Shown here piece by piece: positions 1 through 9,260 of a DNA stretch of 64,000 nt; position 1 is the stretch's first letter, and the number at the start of each line of letters is the position of its first letter. The DNA comes from Clostridia bacterium (GTDB taxonomy: Bacteria; Bacillota; Clostridia; Oscillospirales; CAG-272): positions 7,304 to 71,303 of the forward strand of contig JAFTXE010000059.1 in NCBI GenBank assembly GCA_017461745.1. Direction: 5' to 3'. A program made the translations under genes and the position numbers. The notes under the pieces were generated by a model. That model saw only the letters and a program-made list of their open reading frames with translations. It made no database searches and was not told the DNA's origin.

Positions 1-2
1 CG

Positions 3-320
3 GGCGACGAGCATCTCGGCGAGAATTTGCACAAGAGCGAGCTTTTTGACGCTGAGGTAAGTATAAAATACGGAACGTACTATCTCAATTATCTTTATCA
101 GAAATTCGATAGAAATTGGAACACGGCGCTTGCCGCGTACAACGGCGGTGAGGGCAACGTGGCAAAATGGCTTGCTGACCCAGAATACTCCGACGGAGAA
201 GGAAATCTTACGAATATTCCCTTTAAGGAGACGGCAAATTACGTTGATAAGGTCAACAAGGAAATAGATACATACAAAAAATTATATTATGAGGATCAGA
301 AAGAGGTAAACGAGCCATGA
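3..320 (+). CDS. Lytic transglycosylase (Slt domain), 5'-partial
   Basis: Frame is open from base 3. Contains GTYYLNYL and ALAAYNGGEGNV, the Slt C-terminal motifs. Confidence 0.85.
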   Translation, partial: GDEHLGENLHKSELFDAEVSIKYGTYYLNYLYQKFDRNWNTALAAYNGGEGNVAKWLADPEYSDGEGNLTNIPFKETANYVDKVNKEIDTYKKLYYEDQKEVNEP

Positions 321-1681
321 ATGAAAATCTTGCTTATAAAAAGAAGACCGTATACGAAAAAGCATCCAAGGACACCGTGAAGGCGGCATTTGAATATGCT
401 GAGGATTACAAAAAATATCTTGATGGCGGAAAGACGGAGCGCGAGGCGCTTAAGCTATCAGTTGCTATGGCTGAGGCTCACGGCTTCCGCGAATACCGTA
501 TCGGTGACAAAATCTCCGCAGGTGACAAGCTTTATTACAACAACCGCGGCAAAAATCTGTTCGTTTTCTCCGTCGGTACGGAAAGCATAAACGACGGTAT
601 AAGAATTACCGCCGCTCATATCGACGCTCCGAGAATAGACCTCAAGCAATGCCCGCTTTATGAGGACGGAGGCATGGGCTTTTTCAAAACCCATTATTAT
701 GGCGGCATACGCAAGTATCAATGGGTAGCGACGCCCTTGGCGCTTCACGGCGTTATCGCGCTTCAGAGCGGCAAGGTGCTTGAAATCAATATCGGTGAGG
801 ACGAAAGCGACCCCTTATTCTATATAAACGACCTTCTACCCCACCTCGGACGCGAGCAGGCAAAGCTTCCTCTTGCCGAGGGTATTAAGGGCGAACAGCT
901 CAACGTTCTTCTTGGAAGTATACCCGACGGTGAGGAAAACTCCGTTAAGATGAATATACTCTCCATTCTCAACGAGAAATATGGAATTTGCGAGGAGGAT
1001 TTCCTCTCCGCAGAGCTTTGCGTCGTTCCCGCGGCAAAGGCACGCGACGTAGGTTTTGACCGCTCGCTTATCGGCGCTTACGGTCACGACGACAGAGTTT
1101 GCGCGTATCCAGCGCTCACCGCTCTGCTTGAAAGCACTGACAGCGCTCACACGCTTATGTGTATTCTCGCAGATAAGGAGGAAACGGGCAGCGACGGTCC
1201 TACGGGTATGCAATGCGATCTTATGCTTGATATTATTGACGAGCTTGCAAAAAATCTCGGAGGTAATTCTGCGGCTATACGCGCTAATTCAAAATGCTTA
1301 TCCGCCGACGTATCTGCCGCGTACGACCCCAATTTCCCCGACGTATTTGAAAAGCAGAACACTCCCCTGCTCTGTTGCGGTGCGGTATTCACCAAGTTCA
1401 CAGGCTCAGGTGGAAAATCAAGCACAAACGACGCAAACGCCGAATATATCGGTTGGCTTCGCTCCATACTTGCGCGCGACGGCGTTGTATGGCAGGCAGG
1501 AGAGCTTGGCAAGGTAGACTGCGGTGGCGGCGGTACGGTCGCAAAGTATATCTCCAAGCACAATATCGAAACTATTGATCTTGGAGTTCCCGTTATTTCC
1601 ATGCACGCCCCCTACGAGGTAATATCTAAGGTTGACCTTTACGAAGCCTTCAGAGCTATCCGCGCATTCTATAAGTATTAA
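317..1681 (+). CDS. apeA: M18 family aminopeptidase
   Basis: 454 aa. Motifs AAHIDAPRIDLK, YGGIRKYQW, HDDRVC, DKEE, ADV and MHAPYE are the M18 metal ligands. Confidence 0.9.
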   Translation: MNENLAYKKKTVYEKASKDTVKAAFEYAEDYKKYLDGGKTEREALKLSVAMAEAHGFREYRIGDKISAGDKLYYNNRGKNLFVFSVGTESINDGIRITAAHIDAPRIDLKQCPLYEDGGMGFFKTHYYGGIRKYQWVATPLALHGVIALQSGKVLEINIGEDESDPLFYINDLLPHLGREQAKLPLAEGIKGEQLNVLLGSIPDGEENSVKMNILSILNEKYGICEEDFLSAELCVVPAAKARDVGFDRSLIGAYGHDDRVCAYPALTALLESTDSAHTLMCILADKEETGSDGPTGMQCDLMLDIIDELAKNLGGNSAAIRANSKCLSADVSAAYDPNFPDVFEKQNTPLLCCGAVFTKFTGSGGKSSTNDANAEYIGWLRSILARDGVVWQAGELGKVDCGGGGTVAKYISKHNIETIDLGVPVISMHAPYEVISKVDLYEAFRAIRAFYKY

Positions 1682-1707
1682 GAACGTAACGACGGTGAGG
1701 ATACGAT

Positions 1708-1741
1708 TGTCGGAAACTTTTTTTCAAGAAAGTTTCCGACA
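1708..1741. terminator. Perfect 13-bp hairpin after the aminopeptidase gene (terminator or REP-like)
   Basis: tgtcggaaacttt (1708-1720) pairs with aaagtttccgaca (1729-1741). Confidence 0.6.
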
Positions 1742-1828
1742 CCTTAGAAGGACTTTGAACGTTATTGCCTTATTACCATTAAACCATAATCTCAAAACGA
1801 TAAAAATTACGACCTACAAGGAGTTCAA

Positions 1829-2896
1829 ATGTTAGACAGGCTTAAGGAAGCTGAAAAAAGATATATTTCCATGGAGGAGGCGCTTGCTGACCCGAATATT
1901 TTCGCCGACAACGAAAAATTCACTCAGCTCATGAAGGATTACAAGGCTCTCACTCCCGTAATTGAAAAATTCAGAGAATATACCTCTGTCAGTTCGGCTC
2001 ACGCCGACGCTCAGGCGATGCTTGACGACTCCCCCGAGCCTGAGCTAAGGGAAATGATAGTCGAGGAGCTTAAGGACACACGCGCTAAAATGGACGTGCT
2101 TCTTGACGAGTTAAAAATATTACTTCTCCCCCGCGATGAGAATGACGATAAAAACGTTATGGTGGAGATACGAAGCGGAGCAGGCGGAGAGGAGGCGGCT
2201 CTCTTTGCGGGCGTGCTTTACAGAATGTACACCATGTACGCCGAGAACGCAGGCTTTAAGACCTCTCTCATGAGCGCAAACGAAACGGAGCTTGGCGGCT
2301 TTAAGGAAATCACGTTTATGATTGAGGGCGACGGTGCGTATTCCCGATTTAAATTTGAAAGCGGAGTGCACCGTGTTCAGCGTGTTCCCGAAACCGAGTC
2401 GCAGGGACGTATTCAGACCTCAACCGCAACCGTTGCGGTGCTTCCCGAGGCTGAGGACGTCGAGGTTGAGATAAATCCCGCGGATATCATAATTGAGTCC
2501 TGCAAATCGAGCGGAGCGGGCGGTCAGCACATAAACAAGACGGAGTCCGCCGTAAGACTTACGCACAAGCCCACGGGAATAGTTATTGAGTGTCAGGAGG
2601 AGCGCAGTCAGTTCAAGAACAAGGACAAGGCGCTGAAGATGCTCAAAACCAAGCTTTACGACATAAAACAGAGAGAGCAGAACGAAAAGATTGCATCAGA
2701 CAGAAAAAGTCAGGTCGGCACGGGTGACAGAAGCGAGAGAATACGCACATACAACTATCCTCAGGGACGTATAACCGACCACAGAATAGGTCTTACTCTC
2801 TTCTCTCTTGACAGCTTTCTCAACGGAAATATCGGCGACATGATAGATGCGCTTATTACCGCCGATACCGCTGAAAAGCTTAAGGCAACGGAGTAA
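1829..2896 (+). CDS. prfA: Peptide chain release factor 1
   Basis: GGQ motif (GAGGQHINKT), GVHRVQRVPETE (PxT tripeptide), RIRTYNYPQGRITDHRI. RBS aaggag. Confidence 0.98.
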   Translation: MLDRLKEAEKRYISMEEALADPNIFADNEKFTQLMKDYKALTPVIEKFREYTSVSSAHADAQAMLDDSPEPELREMIVEELKDTRAKMDVLLDELKILLLPRDENDDKNVMVEIRSGAGGEEAALFAGVLYRMYTMYAENAGFKTSLMSANETELGGFKEITFMIEGDGAYSRFKFESGVHRVQRVPETESQGRIQTSTATVAVLPEAEDVEVEINPADIIIESCKSSGAGGQHINKTESAVRLTHKPTGIVIECQEERSQFKNKDKALKMLKTKLYDIKQREQNEKIASDRKSQVGTGDRSERIRTYNYPQGRITDHRIGLTLFSLDSFLNGNIGDMIDALITADTAEKLKATE

Positions 2897-2899
2897 AAT

Positions 2900-3967
2900 A
2901 TGGAAACTAAAATATTCAAAATAGACCCTTCCGATATCTGCGACGGCTCAATTTCCGATTGCGCAGATATTATAAGGCGCGGCGGCTTGGTTTCTTTTCC
3001 CACGGAAACCGTTTACGGCTTGGGGGCTGACGCGACCGATGCCTCTGCGGCAAGCAAGATATACGCCGCCAAGGGCAGACCCTCTGACAATCCTTTGATA
3101 ATACACGTCGCTTCTCCTGCGGATGCGGACAAATACGCATATACGGACGAGCTTTACAAGAGGCTTGCCGACGCATTTATGCCAGGTCCTCTGACCGTTA
3201 TTATGAAAAAGCGCGATATCGTTCCCGACGGAGTTACGGGGGGGCTTGATTCGGTTGCTGTTCGCTGTCCCTCGCATCCTATTGCTAAAGCCCTTATTGA
3301 AAAGAGCGGAGTTGCTATTGCCGCTCCGTCGGCAAACATTTCGGGAAGCCCCTCTCCTACACTTGCGGAGCACGTTATTTCGGACATGAGCGGAAAGATA
3401 GACGCTATCATTGCGGGTGGAGAGTGCGAGATAGGACTTGAATCGACCATAGTAAAAATTGATGGGGACAAGCTGATACTTCTCCGCCCCGGCGCTATTA
3501 CGGCGGACGCGCTCAGATGCGTTTGCGAAAACGTTAAGATATCCGACGCGGTAACTCATATGCTTGCCGAGAACGAAAAGCCTCTTTCCCCAGGTATGAA
3601 ATACAGACACTACGCCCCCTCCGTGCCTCTCGTTCTTCTTGAGGGCGAGGCGGACAAGGTACTCACCTTCCTTCACAATGCGCAGAACGCAGAAAAGTGC
3701 GCAATTCTTTGTTACCACGAGGAATTTGAGGATCTACGGCAAGAGCGACTTATAGATATTGGAGCGCAAGAGGACCTCTCTACGCAAGCACAGCGGCTAT
3801 TTGCGGCGCTGAGAGACGCGGACAAGCTTGACTGCGATATAATTTACGCCCATCTGCCAACCAAGGACGGCATGGGGCTCGCACTTTACAACAGACTTAT
3901 TCGCGCGGCAGCGCACACTATCCTTCACGTTACCTCTGCCTCCGTTATTCATCATAAAAATCATTAA
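2900..3967 (+). CDS. sua5: Threonylcarbamoyl-AMP synthase Sua5 (YrdC plus SUA5 domain)
   Basis: FPTETVYGLGADA, KGRPSDNPLIIH, AAPSANISG, SPGMKYRHYAP. Confidence 0.95.
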   Translation: METKIFKIDPSDICDGSISDCADIIRRGGLVSFPTETVYGLGADATDASAASKIYAAKGRPSDNPLIIHVASPADADKYAYTDELYKRLADAFMPGPLTVIMKKRDIVPDGVTGGLDSVAVRCPSHPIAKALIEKSGVAIAAPSANISGSPSPTLAEHVISDMSGKIDAIIAGGECEIGLESTIVKIDGDKLILLRPGAITADALRCVCENVKISDAVTHMLAENEKPLSPGMKYRHYAPSVPLVLLEGEADKVLTFLHNAQNAEKCAILCYHEEFEDLRQERLIDIGAQEDLSTQAQRLFAALRDADKLDCDIIYAHLPTKDGMGLALYNRLIRAAAHTILHVTSASVIHHKNH

Positions 3968-3994
3968 ACAACATATAAGGACGGTAAACTATTA

Positions 3995-6238
3995 ATGGCT
4001 AAGAAAGCAAAGAACATAAAGCAAGCGCAAGAAATTGTGTACGCCCCCGTTCAAAATCAGCTTATAACCGATACCATTGAAAAAAACTATATGCCCTACG
4101 TTATGAGCGTTATAGTCTCGCGTGCTATCCCCGAGATAGACGGACTTAAGCCCTCGCACAGAAAGCTTCTTTACACCATGTACAAGATGGGGCTTCTGAC
4201 AGGTCCGAGAACCAAGAGTGCTAACGTCGTAGGACAGACAATGAAGCTCAATCCTCACGGAGACATGGCTATTTACGAGACTATGGTTCGTCTTACAAGA
4301 GGTAACGAGTCCCTTCTCCACCCCTTCGTTGACTCAAAGGGTAGCTTTGGTAAGCAGTATTCGTCGAATATGCGCTTCGCCGCTTCGCGTTATACCGAGG
4401 TCAAGCTTGACACATTCTGTCAGGAGCTATTCAGAGGTATTGACAAGGACGCCGTGGACATGATAGACAACTACGACGGTACTATGAAGGAGCCCGTTTT
4501 GCTTCCCACCACGTTCCCGAACGTTTTAGTAACACCTAACACAGGTATTGCCGTCGGTATGGCTTCGTCTATCTGCTCGTTTAATCTTGCGGAAATTTGC
4601 GACGGTACTATCGCGCTTTTGAAAAATCCTCGCATTACTACCGACAAGATGCTTGATATCATCAAAGCCCCCGATTTCCCCGGTGGCGGTGCTATAATCT
4701 ACAACAGAGACGATATGAAGCAGATCTTCGAGACGGGCTCGGGCTCGGTCAAGATACGCTCAAGGTACAACTACGACAAAGCGCAGAACTGCATTGATAT
4801 AATTCAGATCCCCTACTCTACCTCTATTGAGCTGATACTCAACCGTATTTCCGATCTTGTAAAGGAAGGAAAGCTCAAGGAGATAGTTGACTTCCGTGAC
4901 GAGATAGATCTCAGCGGCTTTAAGCTGACGCTTGACCTCAGACGCGGAGTTGACCCTGACAAGCTTATGAACAAGCTATTCAAGCTCACTCCTCTTGAGG
5001 ACAGCTTCAAGTGTAATTTCAATATACTCATTGACTCTACTCCAAGACAGATGGGCGTTATTGAAATACTTTCCGAGTGGATAAAGTTCAGAATGACCTG
5101 CCTTAGCCGTGAGCTTACGTTTGACCTTAAGAAAAAGAAGGACAAGCTACATCTGCTTCTCGGTCTTGGAAAGATCCTTCTTGACATCGACAAGGCTATA
5201 AGGATAATCCGCCACACCGAAAAGGAAGAGGACGTTATCCCCAACCTTATGTCAGGCTTTGGTATCGACGAGATACAAGCTGAATACATTGCCGAGATAA
5301 AGCTGCGTAACCTCAACAAGCAGTATATTATCAACCGCATAAATGAAATTGAGGGCTTGCAGGCTGAGATAGCTCATATTGAGGATATACTCGGCGATGA
5401 GCTCAAGCTCAAGGCTCTTATTTCCTCTCAGCTTACCGAAATCAAGAAAAAATACGCACAGCCCCGTCGCTCACAGCTCATTCACACCGACGATATTGAG
5501 GTATACGACGAGGAAAGCGAGGTCGAAAACTACAACGTTAAGATATATCTTACACGCGAAGGCTACTTCAAAAAGATAACCATGCAGTCGCTCAGAGGTA
5601 ACGATGAGCACAAGCTAAAGGAAAACGACGAAATTCTCTTCTCCGAGGAAACGGACAATCGCTCCGAGCTTATATTCGTTACGGACAAATGTCAGCTTTA
5701 TCGGGCCAAGACTGCCGATTTCGAGTGCTGTAAGGCGTCGGCAATGGGTGAATATCTCCCCGCAAAGCTCAACATGGACGAGGGTGAGAAGCCCGTATTC
5801 ATGAAGCTCCACGACGGCTGGAAGGAGGGAGAAAACTTTGTATTCATATTTGAAAACGGTAAGGGTGTCAGAGTTCCTGCCGTTACCTACGAAACAAAAG
5901 CTCCAAGGCGTAAGCTCGTTAACGTATACTCCAATGTGTCTCCCATCAGCGCCGTATTCTACGAAAACGAAAAGAATCCGTTTGAGATCATCATGGTGGC
6001 AAACGGTGAGCGCGCAATAATAATTAAGACCTCCCTTATTCCGATAAAAACGACGAGAACGTCGGGCGGCGTTACGCTTATGTCGCTCAAAAAGGGACAG
6101 ACCGTTACCGATTGTCGCCGTGATTTTGAGAGCATTTACGAGGACACGAAGGGCTATCGCAAGCTGAAAATTCCCGCGACGGGACAGATCCTCAACGAAA
6201 AGGATATAAAGCGCCAACAGCTAAAAATTGACGGCTGA
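3995..6238 (+). CDS. parC: Type IIA topoisomerase subunit A, ParC-like (no GyrA-box seen)
   Basis: DGLKPSHRK, NPHGD, catalytic AASRYTE, GIAVGMA, PDFPGG. C-terminal pinwheel-like repeats without a QRRGGKG box. Confidence 0.8.
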   Translation: MAKKAKNIKQAQEIVYAPVQNQLITDTIEKNYMPYVMSVIVSRAIPEIDGLKPSHRKLLYTMYKMGLLTGPRTKSANVVGQTMKLNPHGDMAIYETMVRLTRGNESLLHPFVDSKGSFGKQYSSNMRFAASRYTEVKLDTFCQELFRGIDKDAVDMIDNYDGTMKEPVLLPTTFPNVLVTPNTGIAVGMASSICSFNLAEICDGTIALLKNPRITTDKMLDIIKAPDFPGGGAIIYNRDDMKQIFETGSGSVKIRSRYNYDKAQNCIDIIQIPYSTSIELILNRISDLVKEGKLKEIVDFRDEIDLSGFKLTLDLRRGVDPDKLMNKLFKLTPLEDSFKCNFNILIDSTPRQMGVIEILSEWIKFRMTCLSRELTFDLKKKKDKLHLLLGLGKILLDIDKAIRIIRHTEKEEDVIPNLMSGFGIDEIQAEYIAEIKLRNLNKQYIINRINEIEGLQAEIAHIEDILGDELKLKALISSQLTEIKKKYAQPRRSQLIHTDDIEVYDEESEVENYNVKIYLTREGYFKKITMQSLRGNDEHKLKENDEILFSEETDNRSELIFVTDKCQLYRAKTADFECCKASAMGEYLPAKLNMDEGEKPVFMKLHDGWKEGENFVFIFENGKGVRVPAVTYETKAPRRKLVNVYSNVSPISAVFYENEKNPFEIIMVANGERAIIIKTSLIPIKTTRTSGGVTLMSLKKGQTVTDCRRDFESIYEDTKGYRKLKIPATGQILNEKDIKRQQLKIDG

Positions 6239-6257
6239 ATGAAAGGATAAATATTCA

Positions 6258-6356
6258 ATGAACAAAACTAAGCTTTTTACCAGAATACTCTGTTGGATAC
6301 TCGCGCTTCTTATGGTTGCGGGCGCACTTACCTACATCTTCGCATTTCTGCTTTGA
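6258..6356 (+). CDS. Small single-TM membrane protein, 32 aa (absent from the ORF track)
   Basis: RBS gaaagga at 6241, ATG at 6258. MNKTKLFTRILCWILALLMVAGALTYIFAFLL* fills the gap between parC and the AEC transporter. Confidence 0.7.
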   Translation: MNKTKLFTRILCWILALLMVAGALTYIFAFLL

Positions 6357-6411
6357 CAAATTTCGCAATTCAGACAAAAGCTTGACTAAGAAAGGATCTT
6401 CATAAAAAGTC

Positions 6412-7356
6412 ATGGACTTATTTTTACCAACGCTTAACCAAATGGTATTTCTCTTCGCCTTTATTCTGATAGGATATTTTCTGGCGAAATTCAAGGTTGT
6501 TCCGCACGGCTCGGCAGGAATACTTGCTAAATTGGAAAATTGGCTATTCATTCCCGCGCTCGTTATGCAAACCTTTATAGGTAACTTTACCGTTTCAAAT
6601 CTCGGTGTCACATGGAAGCTGTTCGTGTTTGGATTTATTATTGACGCCGTGGTAATTCCACTGTCAATAGTTTCCGCGCGTATTGCGGCTAAAGACTCAT
6701 ATACGAGAAAAATTTGTATTTACGGGCTCTGCTTCTCAAATTTTGCTTTTATGGGTAACGCAGTCGTAAACGCTATTTTCCCCGACGTATTTTACGAATA
6801 TATCGTATTTACACTCACGCTTTGGATTCCCATTTATCTTTGGGGTGTCCCTGCGCTCCTTGTGTCCGACGGTGAAAAGAAATCCTTGGCATCAAGACTT
6901 AAGTCCTTCGTAAACCCGATGTTCATTGCCATGATAATTGGTATGATAATAGGTATTACGGGGCTTGACCTTCCCTCAAGCGTTGATTCCGTCATAAGCA
7001 CGTCTGCAAGCTGTATGTCTCCCATAGCAATGCTACTCACAGGATTTACGGTAGCGGAAATAGACATCAAGAAAACTCTTTCCAAGTTAAGCGTTTATAC
7101 GATAAGTGTTCTCAGACTTATCGTGTATCCCCTTATTGCCATTGGAATTTTCGCAATAATTCCTTTGGATATTCCCGACAGCTACGTTATATGCGCCGTT
7201 TGCTCGATAGCAATGCCCTTGGGGCTTAACACCATAGTTATCCCCGCGGCTTACGGCAAGGACACCTCGGTTGCATCGGGTATGGCTCTTATATCTCATA
7301 TTCTTTCTATCATAACCATTCCCGTTATCTTTATGCTTTTGCGAATGATACTTTGA
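6412..7356 (+). CDS. AEC (auxin efflux carrier) family transporter
   Basis: 314 aa with about 10 hydrophobic segments. FSNFAFMG, VNPMFIA, SPIAMLLTG, IAMPLG are AEC-like motifs. Confidence 0.85.
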   Translation: MDLFLPTLNQMVFLFAFILIGYFLAKFKVVPHGSAGILAKLENWLFIPALVMQTFIGNFTVSNLGVTWKLFVFGFIIDAVVIPLSIVSARIAAKDSYTRKICIYGLCFSNFAFMGNAVVNAIFPDVFYEYIVFTLTLWIPIYLWGVPALLVSDGEKKSLASRLKSFVNPMFIAMIIGMIIGITGLDLPSSVDSVISTSASCMSPIAMLLTGFTVAEIDIKKTLSKLSVYTISVLRLIVYPLIAIGIFAIIPLDIPDSYVICAVCSIAMPLGLNTIVIPAAYGKDTSVASGMALISHILSIITIPVIFMLLRMIL

Positions 7357-7371
7357 TATTGAGGTTTAATT

Positions 7372-7887
7372 ATGAAGGTACTCGTTATATATTCGACCAA
7401 ATGGGGCGTCAGCAGAGCCTGCGCGGAAATGCTTACGGATAAGCTGACACCCACCTTTGACGTAACGCTTTGTGATATTCAAGACGAGCCGCCGTCTCCT
7501 GAGGACTTTGACGTTGCGGTTATAGGCGGCTCAATAAGAATGGGCTCTTTGAATAAGAAGCTTAAGGCTTATCTTAAGTCAAATATTGACAAGCTGAACA
7601 AGATTCATACGGCGCTGTTTATTTGCTGCGGATTTTCGGAAAATTTTGACGACTACGTATCTATGCAGTTCCCTAAAGCAATTAATGCGGATCTCGGTAT
7701 TCACTTCTTTGGCGGAGAATTAAAGCCGCAGAAGCTTCACGGCATTGACAAGCTTATCCTTAAGATGGTCCGCTCGGAAGCTGCTCGTGACGATTTTGAG
7801 ACTCCCGACCCTGATCATCCTCCGCTCCCTGAAATAATTCCCGAAAACATTTCAAGACTTGCGGACAGCATCAGAGCACTTTTATAA
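7372..7887 (+). CDS. Flavodoxin-domain protein (HemG/Flavodoxin_5-like)
   Basis: VLVIYSTKWGVS, VIGGSIRMG, FGGELK. Confidence 0.8.
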   Translation: MKVLVIYSTKWGVSRACAEMLTDKLTPTFDVTLCDIQDEPPSPEDFDVAVIGGSIRMGSLNKKLKAYLKSNIDKLNKIHTALFICCGFSENFDDYVSMQFPKAINADLGIHFFGGELKPQKLHGIDKLILKMVRSEAARDDFETPDPDHPPLPEIIPENISRLADSIRALL

Positions 7888-7957
7888 ATTCGTTATTTTT
7901 ACATATTTGCGATGCCTTTGATTTTTAGTTTTGTTGAAGTTGACATACACAAAAAAC

Positions 7958-7986
7958 TTGACAAATCGGCAAAAATGTGGTATCAT
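7958..7986 (+). promoter_or_regulatory. Sigma-A promoter of tRNA-Lys
   Basis: TTGACA (7958-63), 17-nt spacer, TATCAT (7981-86) with TGn extension. Confidence 0.8.
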
Positions 7987-8009
7987 ATATAGGTAGCGCA
8001 AATACGCTT

Positions 8010-8085
8010 GACCCACTAGCTCAGACGGTAGAGCACTTGACTTTTAATCAAGGGGTCCGGAGTTCGAGTCTCCGGTGGGTCACCA
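8010..8085 (+). tRNA. tRNA-Lys (anticodon UUU)
   Basis: 76-nt cloverleaf: acceptor gacccac/gtgggtc, anticodon arm cttga-cTTTtaa variant loop ctTTTaa-tcaag, T arm cggag-ttcgagt-ctccg, encoded CCA. Confidence 0.97.
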
Positions 8086-8089
8086 AGTC

Positions 8090-8119
8090 AGCGGTAAACT
8101 TTAGGGTTTACCGCTTTTT
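8090..8119 (+). terminator. Intrinsic terminator after tRNA-Lys
   Basis: agcggtaaac (8090-99) pairs with gtttaccgct (8106-15), followed by a T-run. Confidence 0.85.
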
Positions 8120-8128
8120 CTGTATAAA

Positions 8129-8224
8129 AAAGCCGAAAAAACTGCATGGTCATACTACGGGTCGATAGGATTTACGGTCTCATCCATCAATTGACTCTGT
8201 AATATAATGCAGCCTTTCGGCTTT
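8129..8224. ncRNA. Candidate structured RNA (long rod with internal loops)
   Basis: Nested pairings: aaagccgaaa/tttcggcttt, ctgcat/atgcag, ggtca/tgact, gat(a)gga/tccatc, around a 12-nt loop tttacggtctca. Confidence 0.5.
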
Positions 8225-8401
8225 GCTTTTTTATGAAGAAAATTTTGTCATTATGGTTCATGAATAGCAAAAGATACTTCTGTAACGTTACTCGTAAGAT
8301 ACTATATCACAATATTACCGTCATGGTATGCTGTTACATAAATTGAAATTTCGTTTGCAAATGACATTTCCATATTCCCACCTCGTCAGAATGCAGCTTG
8401 T

Positions 8402-9166
8402 TTATCTCTTTTTATAAATCACAAGCTCGGGATTTTCTCCGTTTTCTTCGTAGGTGCAGACTAGTAGGAAATCCATATTTCCCGCAATGCCAAAACAACG
8501 GTTACCGCCGAATTCGCATTCAAGCTGATTAGCGAGATAGGTAGTATTATCATCAAGGAATTTTACCTTTTGTCCGTTTGGGAGCGAGTATTCCATATTG
8601 ATATAACCGCCTACAAGAAAATTGAGCGTCTTGACTTCGGGCATTCCTTCAATATGTAAATCGTTAAATTCACGAATAAGCTGCTCTTTGAATTTCTTGA
8701 AATTCTCATCACCGCCAAGCTCTGCATAGCGTTTCCAATAATTAAGCTTGGGAAGATGCTCGTCAAAATAAGCTCTTGCCTGCTCCTTTGGCCAATTTTC
8801 ATTCGACATATGACCGACCAAGAAATCGGTCAGCTCTTCAAGACTTGTATAGCAGAAATTGCCGTCAGCGTAGCACCACTTGCAGTATTCCTCGTTGAAA
8901 AAGCCATTGGTTTCTTTGCTTATATTACTGTCCTCAAGCGGCATACCGCAACATTGACAGATAAGATTTCTCGGCGAGCCGAGAAGCGTATTGATCGATA
9001 CGTCAAACTCTTTTGAGAGGAGCTTCAGCGTTTCCGTGTTCGGTATAGTTTCACCATTCTCCCAACGGGAAACAGCCTGCCTTGTAACAAATATTTTTTC
9101 CGCAAGTTCCTCTTGAGAGAGTCCTTTTTTCGTTCTGAGTTCTAAAATAATATCCTTCGTTTCCAT
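8402..9166 (-). CDS. XRE-family HTH regulator fused to a zinc ribbon and an extra C-terminal domain
   Basis: LSQEELAEKIFVTRQAVSRWENG (HTH_3), CQCCGMP...CKWC zinc ribbon. Start placed at METKDII after RBS aaggcggtg. Confidence 0.85.
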   Translation of the reverse strand: METKDIILELRTKKGLSQEELAEKIFVTRQAVSRWENGETIPNTETLKLLSKEFDVSINTLLGSPRNLICQCCGMPLEDSNISKETNGFFNEEYCKWCYADGNFCYTSLEELTDFLVGHMSNENWPKEQARAYFDEHLPKLNYWKRYAELGGDENFKKFKEQLIREFNDLHIEGMPEVKTLNFLVGGYINMEYSLPNGQKVKFLDDNTTYLANQLECEFGGNRCFGIAGNMDFLLVCTYEENGENPELVIYKKR

Positions 9167-9260
9167 AAAATCACCGCCTTGTATTTTGTGATTATATTTT
9201 ACCACAGATTGCCGCAGACTGCAAGCAACTGTCTGTTGCTGTCAGATGTAAAATTGAAAT

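Noticed and set aside
8229-8346. 37-codon plus-strand ORF (MKKILSLWF...).
   Set aside because: It has no RBS or promoter, lies in AT-rich DNA, and shows no recognisable features.
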